64,000 bases of DNA from an uncultured Prevotellaceae bacterium. GTDB taxonomy: Bacteria; Bacteroidota; Bacteroidia; Bacteroidales; Bacteroidaceae. Under the pieces are notes generated by a model that was given only the letters and a program-made list of their open reading frames with translations, had not been told where the DNA came from and did no database searches. The translations under genes were made by a program, and so were the position numbers. Position 1 is the first letter of the stretch. Every line of letters starts with the position of its first letter. The DNA lies in NCBI GenBank assembly GCA_902784565.1, contig CACZVE010000013.1, positions 1,258-65,257 on the forward strand. Direction: 5' to 3'. Below, piece after piece: positions 16,001 to 24,800 of the stretch.

Positions 16001-18118
16001 TACATGAACGCCCGATACGGCGAAGATGCTTTCCATCTCATCGATGACCCAGTCCTCGAATTTGATCTTGGGATCAGCAACGGTCACAGCGGTTGCTTTC
16101 TTTTCTTTACCTGTGCCCTCAGACTCGAATTCATTGTAGCGCCAGTTCGCTACCTCCTTGGCGTTTTTACGGGCATCATCATATTTTTGTTCGGTTTTTT
16201 CGTCTTTATCCATGTTTTTGCCAAGGTAGATATTGGCGTACGTGTCAAGCGTCTGCTTCCTGAAGTTCCAGATTGAACCTGTCTTGACAACAATACCACC
16301 AGGAATCGTAAATTTGAAATCTGTGGGTATTTGTATACCGAGGTCAAAATCAGCCATAGGACCAGCCACAGCCTCGCGGCTTATATCCGGCGAGAGGTTT
16401 TTCTCGGCATCATCTTCGGTTTCCTTCTTACGCTTCTCCGGGTCATCCTGAACGTTGGTGAATGAAGGGAACTGGTCGTACGATGCCGTCGGCGTATTCA
16501 GCGTCAAGCGGCACTCCTGGTTGTAAGGCAGAGCATTGCCCACATCATAGCGTACAAAATAGTAGTCACGGCTGAAGTTGGTAAACTCATTAGCAGCCAC
16601 CACACGCGTCTCCAAGGCCTCGACCTCATGGGTCTGCTGACTCACCGTCTCAGTCGCTGTCATGTTGCACTGCGGACTGCTGCCCCCCTTGGGAGAAGAG
16701 AACACCACCTCGAAATGCGCCAAATGCTCAACGGGCTTATTGTCCAACAACTTGGGGTAGTTGTTGCCGCCGTCGTCGGCAAAGACAACCTTCTCAGAAG
16801 GCAGTTTGCCGGAGATGTCCTCCTCCTTCAAGGTTACAATGTCGTAAGCCACATCACCGCGCATGACTGCGATGGTCTGATCCTCCAGGTATCGGAAGAA
16901 CTGATTGCTGACAGCAATGCCACCGTCGTCGGCATCGCCGGGACGCAGGGTAATACGGGCCGAACAGAGGTCGGCACTGACCACACGCGAGGTGCGGTCG
17001 GCGGCACCCTTGTAGCGATAGACCAGCGGCAGGTAGCCGTCGGTCAGGATCTCCACGTAGGCTGGATGGCCGTAGGTCAGTACCTTATGGTAATCGTCGT
17101 CGCTGTCGTAGCCTAAGTATTTCAACGTCTGGTCGGGAACCAGATTGCCTTGTTCGTCCACACGGTGTACATGCATCTCGGCATCCTTCACCTCCTTACC
17201 TCTCTCGTTGAACAACTTGATAAACAGCGTGTCGTACTTCTCGAACAAACCCGTGCCTATCCAGTTGAAGTTCATCAGTTCACGGTTCTCGTGCTTGGCC
17301 AGATTGAACTTCGTCGAGAGGTTCGGAACCTCCAACTGATTGTCAATGTCAATGTTTGGATGGATGTCGCTCATGTCCAACTGGAGTTTGACGTCACCCT
17401 CCTGGTCATTGCCCGTCAGGAAGTAGATGTCAGTCAGCGAATGACCCTTCGGCACGTAGAAACTCTGGAACTTCGTCTCCTTCAACTCCAGGACGGTCGA
17501 CTCAGAGTGTACCTCACCTTCCTCGTCCATGTAAGACGTAATATACTCCATCTTATAAGTGTCACCCGTCGCCTGGCGCTTCTGGTCAAGTTGGAAGATG
17601 TAAACGTCATCGTCGTCCCAGTCGTACACCCAGTAACGGAACTGGATGCGCTGCGTCGGATCCTTCCTGCGCCACACGTTGATGGTCACCGAGTCACAGG
17701 CCAACGGCATGTTGGCAAAGAAATACTTGCTGGTGTTCAGCGTCTGAAGCATGTCATTGCCATCATTGTCTTTGCCGTAGTCCACCTCCACGCAGAAACT
17801 GCCGCCGTTCGACTGCATGTCGTCGATGCGGAAGCACAACAGCATCTCATCACGCATCTTCCAGAACAACTGTTGGTCTTCCAGCCCCTTCATACGCGTC
17901 GAGGCCAGCATCTCCTTCACCTTGGTGACATCGTCCAGGTTGCCGTCAATGGAACCGTGAGTGACCTGACGCCAAGACAGTTGCTTGGCCATCTCTGTCA
18001 TATCGTCAAATACCGTCACGTCGGTGACATTCTTGGCATAGTAGAGTTGGAAGTCTTGTGCTGTCGTCGTCAATGTCAACAACAGGAGGATCATTAATGT
18101 ACTGGTTAGTCTTCTCAT
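13004..18118 (-). CDS. Giant secreted protein of unknown function (beta-sheet core, propeller-like region, CARDB-like Ig, T9SS-like CTD)
   Basis: Signal peptide ending TTA|QDF; VFIRNTG Ig motif; PTSI...VRVFSNAG...VYIL...FKFNY tail. Confidence 0.88.
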   Translation of the reverse strand: MRRLTSTLMILLLLTLTTTAQDFQLYYAKNVTDVTVFDDMTEMAKQLSWRQVTHGSIDGNLDDVTKVKEMLASTRMKGLEDQQLFWKMRDEMLLCFRIDDMQSNGGSFCVEVDYGKDNDGNDMLQTLNTSKYFFANMPLACDSVTINVWRRKDPTQRIQFRYWVYDWDDDDVYIFQLDQKRQATGDTYKMEYITSYMDEEGEVHSESTVLELKETKFQSFYVPKGHSLTDIYFLTGNDQEGDVKLQLDMSDIHPNIDIDNQLEVPNLSTKFNLAKHENRELMNFNWIGTGLFEKYDTLFIKLFNERGKEVKDAEMHVHRVDEQGNLVPDQTLKYLGYDSDDDYHKVLTYGHPAYVEILTDGYLPLVYRYKGAADRTSRVVSADLCSARITLRPGDADDGGIAVSNQFFRYLEDQTIAVMRGDVAYDIVTLKEEDISGKLPSEKVVFADDGGNNYPKLLDNKPVEHLAHFEVVFSSPKGGSSPQCNMTATETVSQQTHEVEALETRVVAANEFTNFSRDYYFVRYDVGNALPYNQECRLTLNTPTASYDQFPSFTNVQDDPEKRKKETEDDAEKNLSPDISREAVAGPMADFDLGIQIPTDFKFTIPGGIVVKTGSIWNFRKQTLDTYANIYLGKNMDKDEKTEQKYDDARKNAKEVANWRYNEFESEGTGKEKKATAVTVADPKIKFEDWVIDEMESIFAVSGVHVGWYVGGGGKIALSMPLTNLIGDYIPVVPQPLKTQLNEISGFIEGGWGIFWTPTNMTGAFKKVNDMLEKLPIPFKCKLDIGAVVDINGRVDFGVKSYGKADKFEWSTEDKGVFANLTITGRAGAWLGVITPQCPLANLEAGLRAGFKAQFAAGVMIPFCSEPTQFGLRLMGCAGAEAYVTLRSCFFDFSGRAALRAGKEFLYPDDNSNPFHRKFPYWLPDPDSSRSLIGKKFKPAPTLEPTSLGQPLLNNVFYDANPHFLSSNRVVFNDLGSADDYNDDHVAMATLPDDASVQSGSAALNDVVSTESLSVPGTQARQHMRSKRGDHEIVVYTQTAQQVDNSAVTDDTAIELDNLMHEHFQIKASIRQSDGTWHQTEVTADDGFIDQNPAVTIQDDGKAAVIYEHGAQDSQNGQPGENNTVGTLVGQLMMRTYTPDAGWSSPTALWDINATKRPIQYDLIMRNDTVLVGAMLNDANAPIESFSGAYHMQYASVALSTIAGNQTQHTVKYVDDDLHPVDFFMSRAGQHGVVAMIYEKPDSTREVYFKTVNMDGYIDGLAGGDLGVGTSKPYKIKIISDRSAEDTDDFALLWTEQSHVVRDAENGNVGLKDQLTLLNATRIHMSESPGLTYPLTVGAERDSLIMTDFDGYLDDARIRVVYTLTDAVTSGSVVMVNEKEFTNSFESDVTYSRAALDGSSALPVNVFIRNTGTSAIKAASVTINGQSIDIADSFVLPLTEKTFVVQYPIPDDFDGYIQSSVSVEFDNVFKATSQKGFRATARNLRFQSLKMPRKRVLAGDIDCNVVSRHIKDGVNTFIVEVIDHSSRGLIPGTGVEVGIFPHPSALDLLSEEAQTTVLPSDFRRVGGVRKAYAEIVIPGVTEPIDGYIVPHVVDLETNNAEEKGVNNLHRGNHVSYVTLLPSDTPTSITHPVVNLPEDHRVSVTAQDDGVLLNGLSSGDEVRVFSNAGWAVYLGHASSTSHFVPLRRHDVYILNAGGEVFKFNY

Positions 18119-18163
18119 CACTTATAATTTTTATGTTGAAGAAAAAAGGTTATAAAATCTTCG

Positions 18164-18231
18164 CAAATATACATAAAAAAAGGTGTATCACAACAAAATA
18201 GGCAAAAATGAAATACAATTCGGATACAATT
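18164..18231 (-). promoter_or_regulatory. Promoter of the giant-protein operon with 11-bp-phased direct repeat
   Basis: TATATTTG on minus strand 18164-18171; ATACAATT at 18213 and 18224. Confidence 0.55.
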
Positions 18232-18355
18232 TAAGTCCGGTTAACAAATTGAGAAACTTTTCTAACGTTCTTTAAACATTCTCCTACTTAGAGGAAACCC
18301 TACGATTTAGAAAATAAATCTTAATTTTTTATGATTTGTTGCTCATATACAATAA

Positions 18356-18634
18356 AATAGGTTCAACTTCCAGACCTGTTCGTTCATCCTCGGTGCCAGG
18401 GTTACAGCAGATATGCAGGGCATCTATGAAAGCGATTACTATGCCATCAGCATTCCCAAAAAGGGCCAGGACCCGCACGGCGTTGTCATCCCCTGCAAAT
18501 GGCAGTGGCCTACAGAGGCCACCTGCATCACCAATGCCTACCCGCAATTTGCTGACTGGGCACACGACATAAAGAATCCTACTTTCAAGAACTGGTACAT
18601 GTACCCAGAATCTGGTAAAGTGATGAATCGATAA
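18356..18634 (+). pseudogene. C-terminal remnant of DUF4842/LruC-like protein
   Basis: PHGVVIPCKWQWPTE..CITNAYPQFADW...NWY motif; frame open only back to TAA at 18353; no signal peptide. Confidence 0.7.
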
Positions 18635-18669
18635 AAGATCGGGGTTCCCCATATGGGAATCCCGATTTT
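18633..18669. terminator. Bidirectional terminator
   Basis: atcggggttccc / gggaatcccgat stem with A/T flanks between convergent ORFs. Confidence 0.75.
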
Positions 18670-19567
18670 ATTGTTGCATCTTCTGGATGGTATCGCGGCA
18701 CTGTTCCATGAGCCATTTGGGGGTAGAGGTGGCACCACAGATGCCTACTGTCTGGATGCCCTCCAACCACTCGGGTTGAATCTCACCTGGGTCTTCAATC
18801 AGGTGGGTGTTAGGGTTGACGCGCAGACACTCGTTGAAGAGCACCTTACCATTACTGCTCTTGCGTCCGCAGACGAAGAGAATGAGGTCGTGGCGGGTGG
18901 CAAACTGGGAGATGTTCGGCATGCGGTTGGCGACGGAACGACAGATGGTGTCGAAACTCTTGAAGGTAGCCTCCGGAGAGATATGCGACTGGATGTAGTC
19001 GATGATACGGTGGAACTCGTCGAGCGACTTCGTGGTCTGACTGTAGAGGTAGATGTCTTTAGAGAAGTCGAGTTTCTTCACCTCGTCGAAATTCTCGATG
19101 ACAATGGCACTGGAATGGGTCTGTCCGACAAGGCCGAGAACCTCTGCGTGACCTTTCTTGCCGAAAATCACAATTTGGGAGGGGCGTGTCTCCACCCCTG
19201 GTTCCTCCTCCCCGGTAGAGGGGAGTTGAGAAGTGTACTGTTGCTTGATGCGCTTCTGGAGTTGGAGCACCACCGGACAGGTGGCGTCGATAATCTCGAT
19301 GTTGTTGCGACGCGCCAGTTCGTAGGTCTCTGGCGGCTCACCGTGGGCCCGCAGGAGCACCTTTACATCGTGGAGTTCGCGGAGATCATCGTGATTGATG
19401 GTGATGAGTCCCATCTCACGGAGACGCTCACACTCCATGCCGTTGTGTACGATATCACCGAGGCAATACAACGTACCGCCATGAGCCAACTCTTCCTCGG
19501 CCTTATTGATGGCGGTGGTCACCCCGAAGCAGAAACCACTGCCGTTATCTATTTCAATCTGAATCAT
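18668..19567 (-). CDS. ispH: 4-hydroxy-3-methylbut-2-enyl diphosphate reductase
   Basis: GFCFGV, IVHN, RAHG, DATCP, SQTT, DTIC, SSN, GATSTP. Confidence 0.97.
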   Translation of the reverse strand: MIQIEIDNGSGFCFGVTTAINKAEEELAHGGTLYCLGDIVHNGMECERLREMGLITINHDDLRELHDVKVLLRAHGEPPETYELARRNNIEIIDATCPVVLQLQKRIKQQYTSQLPSTGEEEPGVETRPSQIVIFGKKGHAEVLGLVGQTHSSAIVIENFDEVKKLDFSKDIYLYSQTTKSLDEFHRIIDYIQSHISPEATFKSFDTICRSVANRMPNISQFATRHDLILFVCGRKSSNGKVLFNECLRVNPNTHLIEDPGEIQPEWLEGIQTVGICGATSTPKWLMEQCRDTIQKMQQ

Positions 19568-19576
19568 AGCCACAGA

Positions 19577-20677
19577 TTACACAGATTTCTTTAATAAGTC
19601 AAAATACATATCGAGGAGGTCTTGGGCGGCGACAAAGGAGGTCTTCTGGCCAGCGAGGACGGTCTGCTCTGCGGGCTGGAGTTGTGCCTTGATGAGAGGA
19701 TTGTTATAGAAGTTGAGGCGCAGATGTTCGTTGATACTCTCGTACATCCAGTACTTCGACTGTTCGTTACGCCGGTAGTCAAAGTAGCCGTTAGCCTTCA
19801 CGAAGTCGATATACTCATAGATCATGTCCCATATCTCCTTCACACCCGTCCCATAAAAACCGCTGTAGCAGAGCACCCTCGGACTCCAGCCGCTGTCGGG
19901 CATCGGGAAGAAATGGAGGGCATTGCGGAAGTTCGTCGCTGCCATCTGACAACGGTCCACATTGTCGCCATCGCATTTGTTGATGACAATGCCGTCGCTG
20001 ATCTCCATAATACCGCGCTTGATGCCTTGGAGTTCATCACCAGTCCCTGCCACCTGGATGAGCAGGAAGAAGTCCACCATCGAATGACAGGCCGTCTCGC
20101 TCTGTCCGACACCCACCGTCTCGACGAAGATCTTGTCGAAGCCTGCGGCCTCACAGAGGATGATGGTCTCACGGGTCTTGCGGGCCACACCCCCCAACGA
20201 ACCTGCCGAGGGACTAGGACGGATGAAGGAGTCAGGATGCAGGGCCAGTTTCTCCATACGTGTCTTATCGCCGAGGATGCTGCCCTTGGTACGTTCCGAC
20301 GAGGGGTCGATGGCGAGGACAGCAAGTTTGCCGCCTTTCTCCTTGAGTACGTGGATACCGAACTCGTCGATACTCGTGGACTTACCCGCTCCAGGCACAC
20401 CACTGATACCCACTCGGACGGAGTTGCCACTATAGGGCAGACACTTGTTGATGACCTCCTGCGCCTTCGCCTGATGGTCGGGGTTGACACTCTCGATAAG
20501 GGTCACGGCCTGCGAGAGAACGGTGACATCGCCCTTGAGGATGCCCTCCACCATCTCTGCCGCCGTGAGTTCACGGCGACGGTTACGCTTCAGGTAAGGG
20601 TTGACAATCGGTGGCTGCTTGACACCGCTGTTGACCTGCAGGCCTGCATATTCTGAACTATTCTCAGGATGTTCCAT
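19577..20677 (-). CDS. meaB: Methylmalonyl-CoA mutase-associated GTPase
   Basis: GVPGAGKST, DPSS..GSILGDKTRM, ETVGVGQSE, GDELQGIKRG. Confidence 0.96.
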   Translation of the reverse strand: MEHPENSSEYAGLQVNSGVKQPPIVNPYLKRNRRRELTAAEMVEGILKGDVTVLSQAVTLIESVNPDHQAKAQEVINKCLPYSGNSVRVGISGVPGAGKSTSIDEFGIHVLKEKGGKLAVLAIDPSSERTKGSILGDKTRMEKLALHPDSFIRPSPSAGSLGGVARKTRETIILCEAAGFDKIFVETVGVGQSETACHSMVDFFLLIQVAGTGDELQGIKRGIMEISDGIVINKCDGDNVDRCQMAATNFRNALHFFPMPDSGWSPRVLCYSGFYGTGVKEIWDMIYEYIDFVKANGYFDYRRNEQSKYWMYESINEHLRLNFYNNPLIKAQLQPAEQTVLAGQKTSFVAAQDLLDMYFDLLKKSV

Positions 20678-20687
20678 TATTCACTAT

Positions 20688-21791
20688 TCACTTTTCACTA
20701 TTTACTTTGATATTAATCACCACCTTGGCGTGGTCGGGATCGTTGGTAATCATGAGGATACGGGGTTTGGTGCGCAGTTTCTGGAGGTCTTCGGCATAAC
20801 CCGTCACCTTCAATGTCGTGGACAGCCCTGGCTCCAGTTCCTGTTTGCCTAACGTCACCTTCAGACCTTCCGTGAAGAGTTGCATAGAGGATATCTTCAA
20901 TGTGGTCTTGCCCGTATTGGAAAGCAACATCTCTACCGTCTTCTTTTTCTTGCCGCCGAAGTCGGTGAAGTCGATATCGGTGGAAGACATCTGGAGTTGC
21001 GGGGCGAGACCCTTACTGAACTCGTCGTAGTCCTGCAGATGGGGCAGCAATACTACAGAGACAGGTATCTCACTATCCTTGCTCACCTTCTCACCCAAGC
21101 GTCTGCCTAAATAAACGGAGGTCTGTGTCAGACCGAAATCACGCAACTTGTCGGAGTTCAGGGTGATAGAGATAGTACCACCCTTGCCGGGTTCCAGAAT
21201 CTCGGGCTTCGTGGTGGCGGAGAGGTACGGCGGCAGATGCATCAGATGGGGTTGCATAGGTTTCTCACCGTTGTTCATCACATGGATCTCCTGCATTGGC
21301 GTGTCGCCCTTGTTGACATCATCAAACTCCAGGACATTATTATCGTAGAGCATGTCACCCATCGTGAGGGGATAGTTACCGGTATAGTCAAGCACCTCCG
21401 GTACCACAACACCTCGCATCGTCAGATAGACGGGTTTCTGGGAACCGTTACTGACAACGGCAACCATCTTCTGGAAATGACCCAACATCTTGGCATCGTA
21501 TGTCATCCTGATGTTGAACTTATCGCCTGCGTCCACCTCCTTGGGGTACTCCACAGCCGTACAGCCGCAGTCGGGCTTCACGCTCTCGATAATGAGTTTC
21601 CGACGGCCTTTGTTGCGGAGTTCGAAGGTAGCCGTGATGGGCTGCTGGAATCCCGTACGACCGGCATTCACCTTGGTCTGCGTCACCTCTAAGGTCTGGG
21701 ACAGAGAAGTGAGAAGTGAAAAGTGATAAGTGATAAGTATCACTATCATCCTCAACATCCACTGCCATTTCATATTCTTCATTCGTTTCAT
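20688..21791 (-). CDS. DUF1573 domain protein (tandem Ig-like domains)
   Basis: Signal peptide; VKPDCGCT motif; usual neighbour of meaB in Bacteroidales. Confidence 0.88.
   Translation of the reverse strand: MKRMKNMKWQWMLRMIVILITYHFSLLTSLSQTLEVTQTKVNAGRTGFQQPITATFELRNKGRRKLIIESVKPDCGCTAVEYPKEVDAGDKFNIRMTYDAKMLGHFQKMVAVVSNGSQKPVYLTMRGVVVPEVLDYTGNYPLTMGDMLYDNNVLEFDDVNKGDTPMQEIHVMNNGEKPMQPHLMHLPPYLSATTKPEILEPGKGGTISITLNSDKLRDFGLTQTSVYLGRRLGEKVSKDSEIPVSVVLLPHLQDYDEFSKGLAPQLQMSSTDIDFTDFGGKKKKTVEMLLSNTGKTTLKISSMQLFTEGLKVTLGKQELEPGLSTTLKVTGYAEDLQKLRTKPRILMITNDPDHAKVVINIKVNSEK
21704..21738. repeat. Heptamer repeat (GANAAGT)x5 inside DUF1573 signal peptide
   Basis: gagaagt gagaagt gaaaagt gataagt gataagt. 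Confidence 0.8.
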
Positions 21792-21825
21792 ATCATTTAT
21801 ATTGCGGTAGCAAATTTTTCACTTT

Positions 21826-24800
21826 TCACTTCTCACTTTTCACTTCGAGTGTCAACGAGTGAGTGGTGCCGTGGAACTCCGGAGCGTAGGCACACTGGAC
21901 GGTACAGGTACCAGTCTCATAGACACCGGGACGATCGATGAAATATTCATTCTCGATGACGTGCGTACCCTTCGACATCATATCGAAGTAATAGTTCGTG
22001 GAATAGTCGCGTGGCGTACAATAGGATCCTCTGTAATAGCCACTCATCTGCTTGACGGGTTCCAGACAGGCAGCACGCTTGTCTACCACCTGTACGAAGT
22101 CGTAGTCACGGTCTGCCTCGATGGTGATGCGAATGGTGACACGGTCGCCCACAGAGAGAGGCGCATTACCGTTTGTCACGATTTCACGAGTCACTTTCAG
22201 ACCTGAAGACTGGTCGGCGACGGACTTCGTGGGCTGTGTGAACTGTGCATAGACAGCTCCCCACGATGTGCCATCGGAGGTCTTATCCACTGTCAGTGTC
22301 TTGCTCTCTACAGGCACCGGCGCCTTCACATAACCAATGGCAGCGGTGGTCTTCGGCATCTCCAGAGGCTTGGCATCGACGGTGATGGTGGCATTGTCGG
22401 CACTTAACAGCAACGGGGTGCCATTGAGGAAGGCATAGACGGCATTCACACTGTTGATGGGGGTATCCCAGACCTGTGTACGCTTCGACTGCAAGAGCCA
22501 GCGCTGCATCTCCTGGATGGTCTGCTGGTCATCAGGCGTCAGACGCTGCAAGGCCTCGATGACCATTGTCTGTGTGGGAATCTTATAGTCGCACCAGGAG
22601 TAGCCGGCACGTGGGGTGTCGTAATAGCGTCCCATCTCCTCGCGGTAGACGGTGTACTCCTTCAGACTCTTCACATATTCCAAAGAGCGTTTCGGTTCGG
22701 TCTTCGAGAGGATGATGGCTGTCAGGGCCTTCTCGTAGATGCTCTGATTCTTGATCTCTTTTTTCAACAACGGCATCAGGTAGTCGTTGGCAGCCTGCAC
22801 ATCCGAAGGCAACGTACGTCCGTCGAGGGTACAGAGATAGAGCCATTGCAGGGTTTTCAGACTCGGGAAGCCGGGCTTATAACCCTTCTTCGCCTGTTTC
22901 TTCATCTCCTTCACCATATCGACCACCTCATTGCCCATGAACCTAAAGGCACCGTTTAGCATCTCATTGGTCTGCGGTTTCGTGCCGGTGAGGGCATTCA
23001 GACGAACCAACATCTCAGAGACGGCCACTGTCATATAGAAGGAGCCAGGCATATCAGGCCACCAAGACCAACTGCCTTCGGTCTGTTGGAGTTTCCTCAT
23101 CTTGTCGAGGGCAGATGAGAGGCGCTGCTGCATCGTGTTCGTATCGAAGAAGTCTGCCAGACGCTGCTTCTGTTCCGCCTCTCCATCGGCATCCAGCACC
23201 CAAGGTGTCTCACTGAGAACCAATTCCTTCAAGTCCTGATTCTTCTCCAAGGCACTCATCAGCGAGGTCTCATCACCCTTCTCCTGCTGCCAGAGTTCAA
23301 AGGCGGTCTTTGCCTTCGGGTTCTGGTCGATGAGGTACTGTCCGATACTATTGGCATAATAAGAGGTGGCCTGCGAAATGACATCATCGTCGATGGGCTT
23401 GCCGATATACGGCAGTGTCTGGATCATCAGCCAAGCCGGATTATTGGTGTATTCCATCGTCAGTTTACCGTTCGTACCGTCGACAGGAATCAACTGTGAC
23501 AGGTCGATGGTCTTCGTACCGGGTTCTATCTGGGTGAAAGGCACGGTGACGAGGACGCGTTCCGTAGCAGGCAACAACGGCAGATAATGCTGTTCACCAT
23601 CGCTGAAGCCCTCACCTCTTGCCGTGACTTGACAAATAAGCAATGATGAAGGAGCCTTATCGAAGGACATACGGAACGAGGCCGTGGTAGTGGCACCTGC
23701 ACCCAGTGCAAACGGCTCTGTCTGTTCATAGACCACTGCATCGGTCTCTGGATTGATGAGTCGAAGGGTGGCCTTGCCACTGATGTCGTGATCACTGGTA
23801 TTGAAGATACGTGCCGTGATGGTAGCCTCGTCACCCTCACGGATGAAGCGTGGCATATTGGGTTGAATCATCACCTCCTTCTGGGCCACGGCACTGCCTT
23901 CGAGCATACCGTAGTACATATCCTTCGTATGGGCAAAACCCATGAAACGCCAGGTGGTGAGACTCTCCGGCAACGTGAACTTCACCGCTACTCTACCCTC
24001 CGCATCCGTCGTCAGTTGGGGATAGAAGAAGGCGGTCTCGTTGAGGTTCTCTCGGATCTGCACGGGTGGTTCCTTTTCCTCCATGTCCTGACGAACCATA
24101 TCCGATCCAGCAATACGGGTCTCCTCGACACCCGAGTCTATACCCGTGACAGCATTTTGCATCGAGGGACTCTCGACTGTAGCCACTTTCGCGACAGCAG
24201 CCTCATCGAGGACAGCCATCTCCTCCACTATAGGCAGTCCAGCTCCCATAGCACGGGATTCCAGAACGGCGGCCCCACGCACCCGTCTTTTACTATTGAT
24301 ACCGACATAGCCGACACTGTGCCATGACGGGAACACATCCCCGTCGAAATGACTCGGTATGAAATCCTTGTCTGACAGTCGTGTCCAAGCATGAGCACCC
24401 ATTATCGAGACACCGTAACGGGTTGGGAAAGACCACTGCACGGACGGCAGCCTAAGTTGGATATAAGGGAAGAAGCGCCATTGGTGCTTCGACAACTGAT
24501 CCAGACTCTGGTCGTAGAGCGTTGCCATCAGCATGGCATCGGCAGGTGTGCCGTCAACATGCTTCACGGTGAGGGTCCACTCTTCCTCCTGTCCCGGTGT
24601 CAGACGGTCACGGAAGGTGCTCCACTCCAGTTTGAGTTGCTTGAAGGGCATCGGACGGGTGATATTCTCCTCATGGTGGTAGCACTTGCCATTCTTCACC
24701 CAGGCAAAGTTAATGGTAACGCCATCATCATATTCCTCTTTATAGATGAACTTGCGGTTGATGAGTTCGTTGGACTTATCCACAGCCCCCGTCTCTATGA

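Noticed and set aside
7407-18118. Diversity-generating retroelement or shufflon as source of mosaicism
   Set aside because: No reverse transcriptase, recombinase or template/variable repeat pair seen by eye
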